64,000 nt of DNA, from the NCBI GenBank assembly GCA_028286685.1, contig JAQBRA010000002.1, positions 1,073 through 65,072 of the forward strand, in the 5' to 3' direction. The position numbers were made by a program, and so were the translations under genes. Below the pieces are notes generated by a model. It saw only the letters and a program-made list of their open reading frames with translations. It was not told the origin of the DNA and ran no database searches. Below, one piece after another: positions 33,305 through 43,393 of the stretch (positions are counted from its first letter, which is position 1; each line of letters begins with the position of its first letter). This DNA comes from Candidatus Adlerbacteria bacterium. Lineage in GTDB: Bacteria; Patescibacteriota; Minisyncoccia; Phycocordibacterales; SBAW01.

Positions 33305-33524
33305 AAACACATTGTAACGCATTTGCGAGTGGCTACTTATTAAGCCGGGCCTAGCCAGAATTTTTCTTCTTGCTCATAATCGTGCCTACGATGCCGGCAA
33401 TGACCGCCAAGAGCCCGAGCAGCTGCGCTCCGCGGTTTAGGAGAAGCCTAGATAGTCTTATGTAGACTTTTTCTGCGTGTCATAGTGCCAGTATGCCAGC
33501 TCCCTACAAATAGGCGCGGAAAAA

Positions 33525-35423
33525 TTACGGCAACGACTGGCGGCCCTGTGTGGCCCCTACGACGGGTATCCCCTTCTGTTTTATATAATTGACTATGCTC
33601 TGGAACATGCTGGGCGTTACGGAGTAGAGACTGTTGTTAGTGTCAATATCGTGGAACGCGAGTATGAGCCACGTACGCGTCTGCGCCGCAGTATCGACCC
33701 ACTGCTTGACCTGGTCGAGCGTCACGGTATTACGCAGCTCCTGGTACTCGAGCTGGTACGGGTCGGAGTTGGTGGACACGTAGCCGCTTATGGTCGCGGC
33801 CGCACTGGTAAAGCCTGCGTCTCGCACGACCTGGAGCGTCGTCGCGTCGTACTCGCCGTACGGGTACGCGAACGAAAGCACCGACCCCACGCTCCACCCC
33901 AAAAGATCCTGCCGCGACCCGGCTATCTCGTCCTGCTCCTGCTGGGGTGTGAGCGCGGTCAAGTGCGCATGCGTGCGGGTGTGCGCGCCTATCTCGTGCC
34001 CGCGAGCCGCCAGGTCCTGCACTTGCGCCTTGGACACAAAGCCCGGAAAGCCATTGTCGGCCGTCTCGCGCGAGATAATATAGAACATCCCCTTGAATCC
34101 GGCCGTATCGAGCATGGGCGCGGCCGCGGAGTACTGGCTGCTTAAGCCGTCATCGAAGCGGAAGGTCACCGCCCCGGTCAAGAATATGCCGCTCGAGGCC
34201 GAAGAGGCGGTTATGGCTACGTTGTCGAGCGATAGCGTACCGTTGCCTTTGATAAGGTGGAAGACTCTCGTCTTGGCCGCAGCAGATGGCACCGAAAGAG
34301 CGGCCGTGGCAGTAGTCCACGACGAGGCGGCAGGCAAGGTCTTGAGGTCCGCGTAGAAAAAGCTGCCGTCGGCGCGCTGGAATTCTGCGGTCAAGATTGT
34401 CGGCACGTTCGCCATATAGCTGTCCGAGTAGGTATACGCGCCCGGTGAGAGCGCCACCTGCTCGTGCACCCACTTGGCGTCGCCGCTTGCGTAGCCCGAC
34501 ATAGCTATCTGCGCGCCATTGCCGCTCTGTCCCGAGACGGGATATGTAAACACGCGCGTATTGCTGCCATAGCCGCCGCGGGCCCAACGCGCTGGGAGCC
34601 CCCCGGAGCCCGCGGTCTCGAAGTCGCCGTTTAGCACCGAGTTCTGGGCGGACGGAGGCGGCGGGGACGGCGGCATGACCTCGCGCAGGACGTAGTCGTC
34701 GGTATCGAGCGTGCCGTTGCTTTTAATAAGATGGAAGATCGTCGCTGACACCGTGCCCGCGGGCGCCGCAAATTGCACCGTGATGTTCGTGTATGCGGCG
34801 CTCGCGGGCAAGGTGGCAACGTCCTTATAAACGAACGTGCCGCCCGAGAGCGCAAAGCGGATAGTGACTATGCTTGCGGCCGTGCTTTTGTAGGTGTCCG
34901 AAAATTCGTAGGTCTTGCCGCCTGTTACGGGCATGTCGTCCGGGTACCACTTGGCGTCGCCGCTTGCGTAATTGGATAGTGCGACCTCAACGCCACTGCC
35001 ACTTTTGCCCGGCACGGGGTACGTAAGCGCTCGCGTGCTGCTGCCGTAGCCGCCCTTGTGCCAGCTGGCTGGCAGGCCGGGCTGACCGGCAGTCTCAAGC
35101 CCGGGATTAGGCACCAGATTGGGGCCAAAGCTGGAAGCTGCCGGAGCGAGCGCGGCGGGAGCCGCCGCGGGCGCTGTCTTGTTGCCGCTCGGCAGCGTAG
35201 GACTCGGTATAGGCGCCTTTCTGTCTATGTTGGGCTCTTGCGCGGTTTCGCGGTGCGGTATGAGTATGGGCCCGGCGCGCTGCAGGTTAGGGTCCGCGGC
35301 GCTTTCTTGGTTTGGGACCGGAGCGCCGAAGGAGACCCCGAGCGGCGCCACCAGCGCCACCATGACAATAAGCGTCGCTATTTTCTTTCGCCCGCGCCAC
35401 CAATTGTTTACATTGTCTTTCAT
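33525..35423 (-). CDS. Secreted polysaccharide deacetylase (CE4/NodB domain) with two N-terminal carbohydrate-binding-like repeats
   Basis: 632 aa with a signal/TM. There are two about 150-aa repeats (GLPASWHKGGYGSSTR.../GLPARWARGGYGSNTR...). The C-terminal NodB motifs are FRFDDG, GHEIGAHTRTH and AYPYGEYD. Confidence 0.8.
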   Translation of the reverse strand: MKDNVNNWWRGRKKIATLIVMVALVAPLGVSFGAPVPNQESAADPNLQRAGPILIPHRETAQEPNIDRKAPIPSPTLPSGNKTAPAAAPAALAPAASSFGPNLVPNPGLETAGQPGLPASWHKGGYGSSTRALTYPVPGKSGSGVEVALSNYASGDAKWYPDDMPVTGGKTYEFSDTYKSTAASIVTIRFALSGGTFVYKDVATLPASAAYTNITVQFAAPAGTVSATIFHLIKSNGTLDTDDYVLREVMPPSPPPPSAQNSVLNGDFETAGSGGLPARWARGGYGSNTRVFTYPVSGQSGNGAQIAMSGYASGDAKWVHEQVALSPGAYTYSDSYMANVPTILTAEFQRADGSFFYADLKTLPAASSWTTATAALSVPSAAAKTRVFHLIKGNGTLSLDNVAITASSASSGIFLTGAVTFRFDDGLSSQYSAAAPMLDTAGFKGMFYIISRETADNGFPGFVSKAQVQDLAARGHEIGAHTRTHAHLTALTPQQEQDEIAGSRQDLLGWSVGSVLSFAYPYGEYDATTLQVVRDAGFTSAAATISGYVSTNSDPYQLEYQELRNTVTLDQVKQWVDTAAQTRTWLILAFHDIDTNNSLYSVTPSMFQSIVNYIKQKGIPVVGATQGRQSLP

Positions 35424-35686
35424 ACCTACATATCGTCTTTAACATACGGACGCGATTTCGCGTAAGTGTAGTGCGTATGCCGTGATAGGACTGTGAACAA
35501 AGGCTATGGACAAAGCACGCATGCCGTAGCACAGCGCAATAATCTGAAGATGAAATATGGCGCAACCGTGCGATATACGATTCTTCATTAAGTTTCATCG
35601 TCCTTTCACTATTGACCATATTCACCGAGTCTTAAAGAATATGCAGGTGCGAAGCTTACCCGTTATGAATTCCAAGATTGCAACCC

Positions 35687-37438
35687 ATGCGTATTACAAA
35701 AGCCGCGCTCGTCGCGACTCTATCCCTCAGTGTGCTACTGCCGACGTTCGCGTCGGCGCAGACAGCTTCGGTCTATTACCCGTTCAACAGTGCGGGCACG
35801 CTCTATCAAGCGAGCTCTGCCGAAAAAAGCCCCAGTTCCTACTTCTGGCTTAAAAGCGGCGCCAAACTCGTCATCAAAGATGGTGTGGGCAACACGATAC
35901 AAGGCGCCCTTCCCGCCGACGATCCGTGGAGAAAGACCTATGCATCGACCCTCGCCACGGCCTCCGACAATGGCGCGCACCCGCAGAACACCTTCCTCCT
36001 GCTAACCCGGGCCGCATACAAGAACACCTCCGCACAGATATATGTGCGCCGTACGGCCGACAACCTTACAAACCCGGCCAATCGACAGCCCTACAACGGC
36101 GAGTCGATCCTCGCGCGGTACCAGAGTGACGGAACCTTCTACTATGCCGGCATCCGAGCCGATGGCACGGTCGTCATCAAAAAGAAATTGAACGGCGCAT
36201 ACCAAACGCTCTCGCAGAAGAAGGTGCTCTCTGGCACGTATAACGCAAGTTCAAATCCTAACCTCATCCCTAAAAACACCTGGATAGGACTTAAGCTCAC
36301 GATTGAAGACACCAGCGCAGGCCCGCAACTTACCCTCTTTACCGATGTGAGTAAGACCGGCGCGTGGAGCAAGGCGCTCAGCGTTATCGACGACAAGGCG
36401 AAATTCGGCAGCCCTATCACGGGCGCGGGTGTCGTCGGCATCCAAACCGATTACGCGGACGCGCAGTTCGACGACTTCCTCTTCTCGGAGATAGCGGCAA
36501 CATCGACCCCAGCCCCGACGCCAGCACCCACACCTACCCCTACTCCCACCCCCACTCCGACCCCGACGCCAGCACCCACACCTACGCCGACGCCTACCCC
36601 CGCACAGGGATATGACGCTACCGTGCTCGGCGGCAAGCCAGTCATGTACCTTGCAATGAACTCGTTCAGCACGGGCAAAGAGTCGGACCTAAGCGGCCAT
36701 AACAACGCCGGCGCCTACAAAGGCGGCACGCCCACGACGGCCGCGCTCCCTAACGGGGAGACGGCAGCCAACTTCAACGGCTCGAGCCAGTACCTGACCG
36801 TGCCGTCGAACGCCTCGCTCTCGATCCCGACTACCGGCAAATTGACGTGGGAGGCGTGGATCCGGCCCGATACGTTCCAGTTTTCCAACGCCAGCAGCGA
36901 TGGCTATGTCGACTGGATGGGCAAATGCGCAAACTACTCGCCGACGTGCGAGTGGGAGGCGCGCATCTACGGCGCATCGACCGCACAAGGCCGCCCCAAC
37001 CGACTCTCAGCCTACGCGTTCAACCCATCGGCCGGTCTCGGGAGCGCGGCCGACTGGCAGCCGCAGGCGGGCCTCCTGCAGGCGGGCAAGTGGCTCCACG
37101 TGGTCGCAGAATACGACCTATCGACGACGCCATCTGGGTGCTCCTCCGCTTACCCCGGATCGATCAACATCTGGGTCAACGGCATCAAGCAGAACTTCGC
37201 CGCACATGCACCGACCGGATGCATGAGCCAGTACAAAATATCCCCCAAAGCCGGCAGTTCGCCGCTTACTATCGGGACGATGGCGCTCGACACCTGGTTT
37301 AAGGGTGCGGTCGGCAAGGTCGCCGTGTACAACCGACTGCTGACGCAGACTGAAATCAATGCGCACTTCACTGCAATGACAGGCGCCAATCCTTCCGGCT
37401 CGTGCGCATCCACCTGTACCGCCGCGCTCGTGCAGTAA
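35687..37438 (+). CDS. Secreted two-domain ConA/LamG-like lectin-fold protein with Pro-Thr linker
   Basis: Signal peptide MRITKAALVATLSLSVLLPTFASA. The N-domain is homologous to the 41769..42605 product. A linker TPAPTPAPTPTPTPTPTPTPTPAPTPTPTPTP follows. The C-terminal LamG-like domain has WEAWIRPD, LHVVAEYD and VAVYNRLLTQTEI. Confidence 0.65.
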   Translation: MRITKAALVATLSLSVLLPTFASAQTASVYYPFNSAGTLYQASSAEKSPSSYFWLKSGAKLVIKDGVGNTIQGALPADDPWRKTYASTLATASDNGAHPQNTFLLLTRAAYKNTSAQIYVRRTADNLTNPANRQPYNGESILARYQSDGTFYYAGIRADGTVVIKKKLNGAYQTLSQKKVLSGTYNASSNPNLIPKNTWIGLKLTIEDTSAGPQLTLFTDVSKTGAWSKALSVIDDKAKFGSPITGAGVVGIQTDYADAQFDDFLFSEIAATSTPAPTPAPTPTPTPTPTPTPTPAPTPTPTPTPAQGYDATVLGGKPVMYLAMNSFSTGKESDLSGHNNAGAYKGGTPTTAALPNGETAANFNGSSQYLTVPSNASLSIPTTGKLTWEAWIRPDTFQFSNASSDGYVDWMGKCANYSPTCEWEARIYGASTAQGRPNRLSAYAFNPSAGLGSAADWQPQAGLLQAGKWLHVVAEYDLSTTPSGCSSAYPGSINIWVNGIKQNFAAHAPTGCMSQYKISPKAGSSPLTIGTMALDTWFKGAVGKVAVYNRLLTQTEINAHFTAMTGANPSGSCASTCTAALVQ

Positions 37439-37537
37439 GGTTACCGACCTAAAAATCGACTCATCCCCCGTTCAGCGCAGTGCAACAGGCCATGGTTCAC
37501 TATCAGTTCAGCGTACTACGGTACAGTACGCCGTGAT

Positions 37538-38923
37538 ATGGAAGCTCAATCTGCGACAGAGAGAATAGCGGGAAAGGACGACAAGAAAGGACCGAAATCC
37601 CGCATCGACAAGCCGCGGAACGGGCAGGAAGATGAGCACCCACCCCCTCGCCTACTGAACGTAGCAGTGGTCGGCGTCGGCTATGTCGGCCTACCGCTCG
37701 CGCTCCTGGCCCGCGCAAAGGGCTACCGGGTGCGGGGCATCGACATCGACGAGCGCAAGCGCGCAGCTGTGCGTGACGCAGCCGTGGCCGACCTGGACGC
37801 CTCCTTTACGGAGGCGTTGCGCGTGCAGCCCTTAGAGGTCTCAGGCCATTTCGGCCCGGTGCGCAGCGCGAACATTGTCATCGTATGCGTGCCGACCCCG
37901 GTCGACGACGAGCATAACCCGGACCTCTCCTTGATCGAGGGAGCTGCACGCCGCGTCGGGCGCAACCTGCACCAAGGCGCACTCGTCATACTGGAGTCGA
38001 CCGTGCATCCCGGCACCTGCGACGAGATCTTTATCCCCATTTTAGAGAAAGCGTCGGGCCTGCGCGCCGGAAAGGATTTCGGCGTAGCCCATTGCCCGGA
38101 ACGCATCAACCCGGGAGACAAGGTTTGGACGATAGAACGCATCCCCCGCGTCGTGGGCGCCACGACCGAAAAGGCGCTTAGCTTGGCGGCCAGCTTCTAC
38201 CGCTCGATACTCAGCGCGTCGGTCCATGAGATGGAGAGCATTAAAGAGGCCGAGGCGGTCAAGGTGGTTGAGAATTCCTTTAGGGACATTAACATTGCCT
38301 TCGTCAACGAGCTCGCGATGTCCTTCAGCAAGCTTGGCATCGACGTCAGCCACGTGCTGAGCGGCGCCGCGACGAAGCCTTTCGGCTTCCTGCTCCATCA
38401 GCCGGGGTGCGGTGTTGGAGGGCATTGCATACCGGTCGACCCGTACTACCTTATACGGTACGCCAAGCGCAACGGATTTTCGCACCGCTTCCTGTCGCTC
38501 GCACGCACGATAAACGAAGGCATGCCCGCATATACAGTCTCGCTCGTCGAGACAGGCCTGCACTCGCTCGGACGCACGTTGAGCAACTCGAGCGTGGCGC
38601 TCTTGGGCCTCTCTTATAAAGCCAACGTAAGCGACCTGCGCGAGAGCCCGTCGTTCGAGATTAAGGAACTGCTTGAGAGTAAGGGGGCACGGGTGCGCAC
38701 CTTCGACGAGCATGCGCCCGACCGATCGACGACGCACTCGCTCGCCGAGGCGCTCGACGGGGCCGATGCCGCAATAGTCGCGACCGCCCATGCGGAGTTC
38801 GCTGGACTGCCCCCCTCGGTGTTCGCCTCGCGCGGCGTGCGCGTGGTGGTCGACGGACGCAACTGCCTCCAAAAGGAGCAGTACCTGCGGGCGGGCATCC
38901 TTTACCGCGGCATAGGCCGCTAA
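37538..38923 (+). CDS. Nucleotide-sugar 6-dehydrogenase (UDP-N-acetyl-hexosamine dehydrogenase-like, TviB/WecC/Cap5O type)
   Basis: VAVVGVGYVGLPLALL (Rossmann), VIVCVPTP and GCGVGGHCIPVDPYYL (catalytic Cys region of the UDP-GlcNAc/ManNAc dehydrogenase type). The N-terminal 40 aa are uncertain. Confidence 0.8.
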   Translation: MEAQSATERIAGKDDKKGPKSRIDKPRNGQEDEHPPPRLLNVAVVGVGYVGLPLALLARAKGYRVRGIDIDERKRAAVRDAAVADLDASFTEALRVQPLEVSGHFGPVRSANIVIVCVPTPVDDEHNPDLSLIEGAARRVGRNLHQGALVILESTVHPGTCDEIFIPILEKASGLRAGKDFGVAHCPERINPGDKVWTIERIPRVVGATTEKALSLAASFYRSILSASVHEMESIKEAEAVKVVENSFRDINIAFVNELAMSFSKLGIDVSHVLSGAATKPFGFLLHQPGCGVGGHCIPVDPYYLIRYAKRNGFSHRFLSLARTINEGMPAYTVSLVETGLHSLGRTLSNSSVALLGLSYKANVSDLRESPSFEIKELLESKGARVRTFDEHAPDRSTTHSLAEALDGADAAIVATAHAEFAGLPPSVFASRGVRVVVDGRNCLQKEQYLRAGILYRGIGR

Positions 38924-38927
38924 GGCA

Positions 38928-40211
38928 ATGGAACCACTACCCACGCAGCGACGGCTCGCATTCCTGCAGGACGCAGGGCCCCTGTTTATGTTCTTCCTCG
39001 TGGTTTACTTCATCATCATTCTGAAGACCGCGACTGTCTCCTCCATCGTCGACCACTGGTTCTTTGGCTTATACAGTCTGCTCATCACGACCTACATCCT
39101 CTCACGCTTCCTGCTGTCGCATTTCCATGTAGTGCCCCGCGCGGACCCCGCCTACCGCCCGACCGTCACTTTCGTGGTGCCGGCCAAGAACGAGGAGGAC
39201 AACATACGCGAGACTATGCGCAAGTTCAGCGAGGTCGACTACCCGCCCGAACTTATCGAGGTGATAGCTATCAACGACGGCTCCACCGACCGGACGCTTG
39301 AGGAGATGCGCGCAGCTGCGCTTGAGATACGTGCGCGCATCGCGCGCGTCGAGGTTATCCACTGGGGCCACAATCGCGGCAAGCGCCACGGCATGGCGGA
39401 AGGAGTACAGCGCGCGCGGCACGAAATCATCATCTTCATCGACTCCGACAGCTTCATCGAGCCCGACTGCGTCACCCACCTGGTAAAGTACTTCGCCGAC
39501 CCGGCAGTCGGCGCGGTCTCGGGGCATACCGACGTCCACAACGACCAGGCAAACTTCCTCACCCGCATGCAGGCCATACGCTACTACCTGGCGTTCCGAG
39601 TCTACAAGGCGGCGGAGTCGGTATTCGGCGCGGTAACCTGCTGCCCAGGCTGCTGCAGTGCATACAAGCGCGCCTACCTTATACCCATACTCGACGAGTG
39701 GCTTACCCAGCGCTTTTTGGGCGGCCAGTGCACCTTTGGCGACGACCGCTCGCTCACCAACTTTATCCTGCGGAAATTCGAGGCGGTCTATGCGCCCGAG
39801 GCGCGAGCGCGCACCGTCGTGCCCGAGAAGTTCGCCACGTACGTGCGCCAGCAACAGCGCTGGAAAAAGTCGTGGATACGCGAGACTTTTATCGCATGCG
39901 GATTTATGTGGCGCAAGCATCCGCTCGCGGCGATATCCTTCTATACGTACGTTTTTTTGGCGTTCGCCTCTCCTATCGTGTTTGCCCGCGCGATGATCTG
40001 GCATCCGCTTACGACCGCAAGCGTGCCGCTTGTGTACCTCGCGGGACTCTTCCTCATGCTCATGCTGCACGGGCTCTACTACCGCCTGTACATGGGCCCG
40101 CGAGCGTGGCTCACGGGGATAATGAGCTTTTGGTTTAATTCCGTGGTGCTTATGTGGCAGCTCCCTTGGGCACTCATCACGCTCAAGGACTCCCGCTGGG
40201 GCACCCGTTAA
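38928..40211 (+). CDS. Processive family-2 glycosyltransferase, hyaluronan-synthase/NodC/chitin-synthase-like
   Basis: 427 aa with INDGSTD, NRGKRHG, IDSDS, CCPGCCSAYKR, GDDRSLTN and QQQRWKKSWIRE (Q-x-x-RW). There are TM helices at both ends. Confidence 0.8.
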   Translation: MEPLPTQRRLAFLQDAGPLFMFFLVVYFIIILKTATVSSIVDHWFFGLYSLLITTYILSRFLLSHFHVVPRADPAYRPTVTFVVPAKNEEDNIRETMRKFSEVDYPPELIEVIAINDGSTDRTLEEMRAAALEIRARIARVEVIHWGHNRGKRHGMAEGVQRARHEIIIFIDSDSFIEPDCVTHLVKYFADPAVGAVSGHTDVHNDQANFLTRMQAIRYYLAFRVYKAAESVFGAVTCCPGCCSAYKRAYLIPILDEWLTQRFLGGQCTFGDDRSLTNFILRKFEAVYAPEARARTVVPEKFATYVRQQQRWKKSWIRETFIACGFMWRKHPLAAISFYTYVFLAFASPIVFARAMIWHPLTTASVPLVYLAGLFLMLMLHGLYYRLYMGPRAWLTGIMSFWFNSVVLMWQLPWALITLKDSRWGTR

Positions 40212-40216
40212 CTCCC

Positions 40217-41767
40217 ATGAGATTCGCACGATTTTCACTGCAAAGGCTCGGCCCGATAGTTTTTGCGGGAGTACTGCTCATGGTCGCGACTGTCTCGACG
40301 TTCACCTGGAAGAGCGCCCACTACGGGCAGACGCCGTTCTTCAACTGGCTGGTCCTCATGGTCGAAGAACGCACGGTAGCGGCGGCGTTCAATGGGTGGC
40401 ACTCCCTCGGCGATCTGTCAGCGCTCCTGGCGCCAAAAAAGACACAGGCGCAGCTCGCGAGAGCTGTCCCCGTGCTGGCCTATCACCGCCTGACGCTCAC
40501 CGAGGAGGCCGGCCAGCTTCCGGTGGCGCGCTTCATGGACCAGATGGAGACGCTGCACCGCGCCGGCTGGCACACCGCCACACTCGAGGAGTACCGGCAG
40601 TTCGTGCAGGGCACGCGCACGCTCCCCGAGCGCACCTTTCTCCTGACGTTCGACGACGGGGCGCAGCAGAGCTACTACCCCGTCGACCCCATACTCAAGA
40701 CGCTCGGTTACAGCGCGGTACAGTACGTCATCGTATCCGCCAGCGAAACGCCCAAAAGCATCTACTACCTATCGCCCGAGCAGATAAGCGCCATGCTCTC
40801 AACCGGGCGCTGGGAGATAGGCTCGCACTCCTTTGACGCACACCACACCTACCCCACCGACCCCGCAGGCGGGACCGGCATCTTTTATACCGACAAACTC
40901 TGGATGCCCACGCAAGGGCGCCTGGAGACCGACGCGGAGTTCCTCGCGCGCGTGCACGACGATCTCTTGCGCGCGCGCCAGGCGCTCGAAGCGCGCTACG
41001 GCGTAACAGTCGACACGTTTGCCGTCCCCTTTGGCGGAGAGACCGGACACCGCGCGGCGGACAACTACGCCGGTGGCAGCGATATAACGCTCGCGGAAGC
41101 GCGCAGGCTCTACGACTTCGTGTGGCTGCAGACCGACCGGCGCGACTTTACCTTCAATTACCCCAGCTACCCCTCTATACTCGGCAGGCGCATACACGTC
41201 GACTACGACTGGGAAGGCGAGACGCTCAAGACATTTATGGAGGGTGGAGTCCCCAAGGCGCTGCCATATAGGGATAACTTTGCCGTCGACAGCGGCTGGC
41301 GGCACTCCTGGGGCAGCGTCCAGCCCATCGGGTCGCTCGAGCTCGGTGCGGGCCCGCAGGATACCAGCGCGGGGAGCGTGCTGGACGGGAGTCTCTTGTG
41401 GAGCGCGTACCAAGCGGAGGCGACGGTCAATTGGGAACACGGGTACGCGGTGATCATGGGCGCGGTGCGCGACGCCCACACATACCGGTCGTGCTCGTTC
41501 TCTCCCGGCGAGGTCGAAATACACGACACCAGCGGCACCAGCATCATCCCGCTTGCCAAGCGCGCGGAGTCTGAGATCCAATACGGACAGGGGGTCAAGC
41601 TGGGTATCCGCGTGGAAGATGCCGCTATCTCCTGCTTGTACAACGGCCATGTCCTGCTCTCCGCGCCGACTGGCCGCAACGAGGGCGGCGTCGGCATACA
41701 GACTTGGGCGCCTGAACCAGGCACGGCGAGCCTCCTGGTGACCAATTTTCTCGCAGACCCGCTGTAA
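40217..41767 (+). CDS. Membrane-anchored polysaccharide deacetylase (CE4) with extra C-terminal domain
   Basis: The start is MRFARFSL... with a TM. NodB motifs are LLTFDDGAQQSY and EIGSHSFDAHH. The ORF track start at 40154 would overlap the GT2 gene. Confidence 0.75.
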   Translation: MRFARFSLQRLGPIVFAGVLLMVATVSTFTWKSAHYGQTPFFNWLVLMVEERTVAAAFNGWHSLGDLSALLAPKKTQAQLARAVPVLAYHRLTLTEEAGQLPVARFMDQMETLHRAGWHTATLEEYRQFVQGTRTLPERTFLLTFDDGAQQSYYPVDPILKTLGYSAVQYVIVSASETPKSIYYLSPEQISAMLSTGRWEIGSHSFDAHHTYPTDPAGGTGIFYTDKLWMPTQGRLETDAEFLARVHDDLLRARQALEARYGVTVDTFAVPFGGETGHRAADNYAGGSDITLAEARRLYDFVWLQTDRRDFTFNYPSYPSILGRRIHVDYDWEGETLKTFMEGGVPKALPYRDNFAVDSGWRHSWGSVQPIGSLELGAGPQDTSAGSVLDGSLLWSAYQAEATVNWEHGYAVIMGAVRDAHTYRSCSFSPGEVEIHDTSGTSIIPLAKRAESEIQYGQGVKLGIRVEDAAISCLYNGHVLLSAPTGRNEGGVGIQTWAPEPGTASLLVTNFLADPL

Positions 41768-41768
41768 C

Positions 41769-42605
41769 ATGCTTATGCAGTTCTATGGCGTACTATCGGC
41801 GATGATCCTTTTAGCCGCAGTGGCGCTCCTTTTTGGCGCGGATCGAGTCGGCACGCCCGTGGCTACGGTCGCCTCGCCGTATGTCTACTTGTTCGGAGGG
41901 AACGGCGCACTGGAAGAGGCCAGGAATACGTCCAGGACCGCGAGCCCCTACTGGTGGCTAAACTCCGGCGGCAGAATCGAGATTGCCGGCTCCCTGGGCA
42001 GCACGATGCAGGGCGACGCGCCGCAAGGTGACCGATGGCGCACGGCCTACGCCGCCTCCAACCCGACCGATACCGACCAGGGTCTCCATCCGCAGAACAT
42101 CTTCCGTCTCGTGACGCGCAGCCTGTGGGGAGACGCGAGCCAGGAGGTCGAGCTGCGCCTGGTTGCCGACCAGAAGAGCCAAAGCCCTAATCGCAACGCG
42201 TCGAACGGGCTCTTTCTTATGAGCCGGTACGTGGACGGCGATACGCTTTACTACGCGGGCCTGCGCGTCGACGGCATGGCCGTGATAAAGAAAAAATACA
42301 ACGGCGCGTATTATACGCTTGCCGAGGCGCCGGCCTTCCCCGGCGCCTACGACCGCGACAAAAACCCCAATCTCCTGCCGCACGGGGAATGGCTCTCGAT
42401 ACGGTCCGAGACCGCGCATACTGACGGCGGCATCGCCATACGCCTATACCTGAAGCGGGAGTCGGACACCAATTGGCTGAAGCTCCTCGAGGCGATTGAC
42501 CGCGGCCAGAGCGGGACGCCCGCCATCAGGGGCCGCGGGCGCGGCGGCATCCGCACCGACTTTATGGACGTGCAGTTCCGCTCGTACCGGATGGAAAATT
42601 TGTGA
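41769..42605 (+). CDS. Secreted ConA-like (DUF1080-like) domain protein, paralog of the 35687 N-domain
   Basis: 278 aa with a TM/signal and PYWWLNSGG...HPQNIFRLVTR...YYAGLRVDGMAVIKKKYNGAYYTL...GIRTDFMDVQFRSYRM. Confidence 0.6.
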   Translation: MLMQFYGVLSAMILLAAVALLFGADRVGTPVATVASPYVYLFGGNGALEEARNTSRTASPYWWLNSGGRIEIAGSLGSTMQGDAPQGDRWRTAYAASNPTDTDQGLHPQNIFRLVTRSLWGDASQEVELRLVADQKSQSPNRNASNGLFLMSRYVDGDTLYYAGLRVDGMAVIKKKYNGAYYTLAEAPAFPGAYDRDKNPNLLPHGEWLSIRSETAHTDGGIAIRLYLKRESDTNWLKLLEAIDRGQSGTPAIRGRGRGGIRTDFMDVQFRSYRMENL

Positions 42606-42762
42606 CCCAAGTGGGAGAAAACTGGAACAACTTCTTTTAGAGCTAGGGGCTTGGTATGCCTTTGGGCGGGCTCTAGAGGCCGAGCGGGTCTAGTACTGAT
42701 ATTGGGGATTAGAAATGAAGAAGTCCCGTGAGAAGTGCGTGACTTCTCCGGGACTTTATCTC

Positions 42763-43200
42763 TTACTCCTTCTTCGGGTATGTTTTGTGTATTTCAAGAT
42801 ACTTCTCTTCCGTTGACGGCAAACCAGCGCAAGTAAAAGCATCTGTGATACTTATCCGGCTCTCAAACAGAAAGCCGAGTTCTGCCATTTCAAACAAGGT
42901 TTGTAGGTCGATGCCCTTGCCGCTCCATTCCTCCGTCTTAATGTAGACAGTCACGTCTTCCTTGTGATAGTAATACTCGATTTCAGTGACTTTCGCCTCT
43001 GAGAAACGAGCAATTGAGTTGAAGGCAATTTCCTTCCCTTCAGCAGGAATAGCATTCACTGGCCAAGGAAGATAGAAAAGCGATGGGTGCGACGGGGAGT
43101 GCAGCCGCACTGCAGTCGCATACTCTTCAGGTAGATCCCAGTCATCCGCAGCAGTAGGAATTTCTACTAAGGCGACGGCTGGCGGTGCCAAGTAGTTCAT
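42763..43200 (-). CDS. Hypothetical protein (AT-richer gene next to tRNA pair)
   Basis: 145-aa acidic protein with no family recognised. A long hairpin at about 42716..42760 lies downstream. Confidence 0.45.
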   Translation of the reverse strand: MNYLAPPAVALVEIPTAADDWDLPEEYATAVRLHSPSHPSLFYLPWPVNAIPAEGKEIAFNSIARFSEAKVTEIEYYYHKEDVTVYIKTEEWSGKGIDLQTLFEMAELGFLFESRISITDAFTCAGLPSTEEKYLEIHKTYPKKE

Positions 43201-43291
43201 ACGACCCTCCTCTTAGATGTTTTTCATCGACGAAAAACTATCGATGTATCCGCAGGCAAAATAACACACTATTTTATTTAAATCAACTCTG

Positions 43292-43363
43292 TGACCCCAC
43301 CGGGAATCGAACCCGGATTAACGGCTTGAAAAGCCGGCGTCCTAACCGTTAGACGATGGGGCC
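43292..43363 (-). tRNA. tRNA-Glu(TTC)
   Basis: Reverse complement GGCCCCA-TC-GTCT-AACGGTTA-GGAC-G-CCGGC-TTTTCAA-GCCGT-TAAT-CCGGG-TTCGATT-CCCGG-TGGGGTC-A. Confidence 0.85.
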
Positions 43364-43393
43364 GCATGCCCGGGGCTTTAACCCTGGGCTTGG

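Noticed and set aside
36497-36600. Short-period DNA repeat (ACCCCNACNCC...) that could suggest a microsatellite or CRISPR-like array
   Set aside because: It is in frame within the 35687..37438 CDS and encodes a Pro-Thr/Pro-Ala interdomain linker. There is no spacer-repeat architecture.
38042-41770. Minus ORFs 38042..38944 (300 aa), 39102..40238 (378 aa), 40799..41770 (323 aa) and 41203..41745
   Set aside because: They are antisense to the dehydrogenase, GT2 and CE4 genes, which carry strong family motifs on the plus strand.
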